Shown here piece by piece: positions 63,725 to 64,000 of a stretch of 64,000 nucleotides of DNA. Every line of letters begins with the position of its first letter. Within the stretch, counting starts at the first letter, position 1. Below the pieces are notes generated by a model, which saw nothing but the letters and a program-made list of their open reading frames with translations, was not told where the DNA came from and did not search any database. The DNA comes from Lama glama (Eukaryota), in contig CM052817.1 in the NCBI GenBank assembly GCA_028534125.1, positions 47,742,001-47,806,000 of the forward strand, written 5' to 3'. A program made the position numbers and the translations under genes.

Positions 63725-64000
63725 TAGCCAGAATGGGCTAGGTTATGTCTCACCAACAAACCCCAAAATGTTTGTGGTATAACTAAGCAAAAGTTCAATT
63801 TTCACTCTTACAGAGCAGCTAGCTTCCATACAGTGGCTCCACATTCCAGATGGCTACATACCAACACAAGTTTGTACAATGACCACAACTAAGAAAAAGC
63901 AGGAGTAATTAATCGCACAAAGGATCTCAAGTGCCCCCCAGCATGGCCAGATACATCACATAATCATTCCTTACTTTAAGGGGTCATGTCTCAGCCTGCA
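63725..64000 (-). mobile_element. Old MLT1 (J/K/L-like) MaLR LTR, running off the window edge
   Basis: 'cagaatgggctaggttatg…caacaaaccccaaaatgtttgtggtataac…aagttcaattttcactc' resembles an antisense old MLT1 3' end. Confidence 0.55.

Overview
AT-rich, CpG-poor mammalian genomic DNA. It is probably camelid: the youngest L1 3' tails resemble camel/alpaca L1 as I recall them, and I saw no Alu, B1/B2, BovA/BovB, CAN or PRE1 SINEs. No intact protein-coding gene, RNA gene or CRISPR array can be supported. The recognisable ORF-track entries are decayed LINE-1 ORF2 fragments and the rest look like chance ORFs. A large part of the window is transposable-element debris: L1s of several ages (nested, internally deleted or internally inverted), L2, MIR, MLT1A and ERV1/MER41-like solo LTRs, and MER8, MER5A, MER3, Kanga-like and Charlie-like DNA transposons. 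Most L1 sequence and all four clear LTRs point in the + direction, which suggests the window lies in a large intron of a gene transcribed on the - strand. The most unusual non-TE feature is a ~1 kb module (24277-25290) in which one ~35-50 nt element has two distant reverse-complementary partners and a local hairpin partner, resembling a competing RNA-pairing (docking site/selector) arrangement. Family names come from recalled consensus similarity, not a database search, and most boundaries are approximate.
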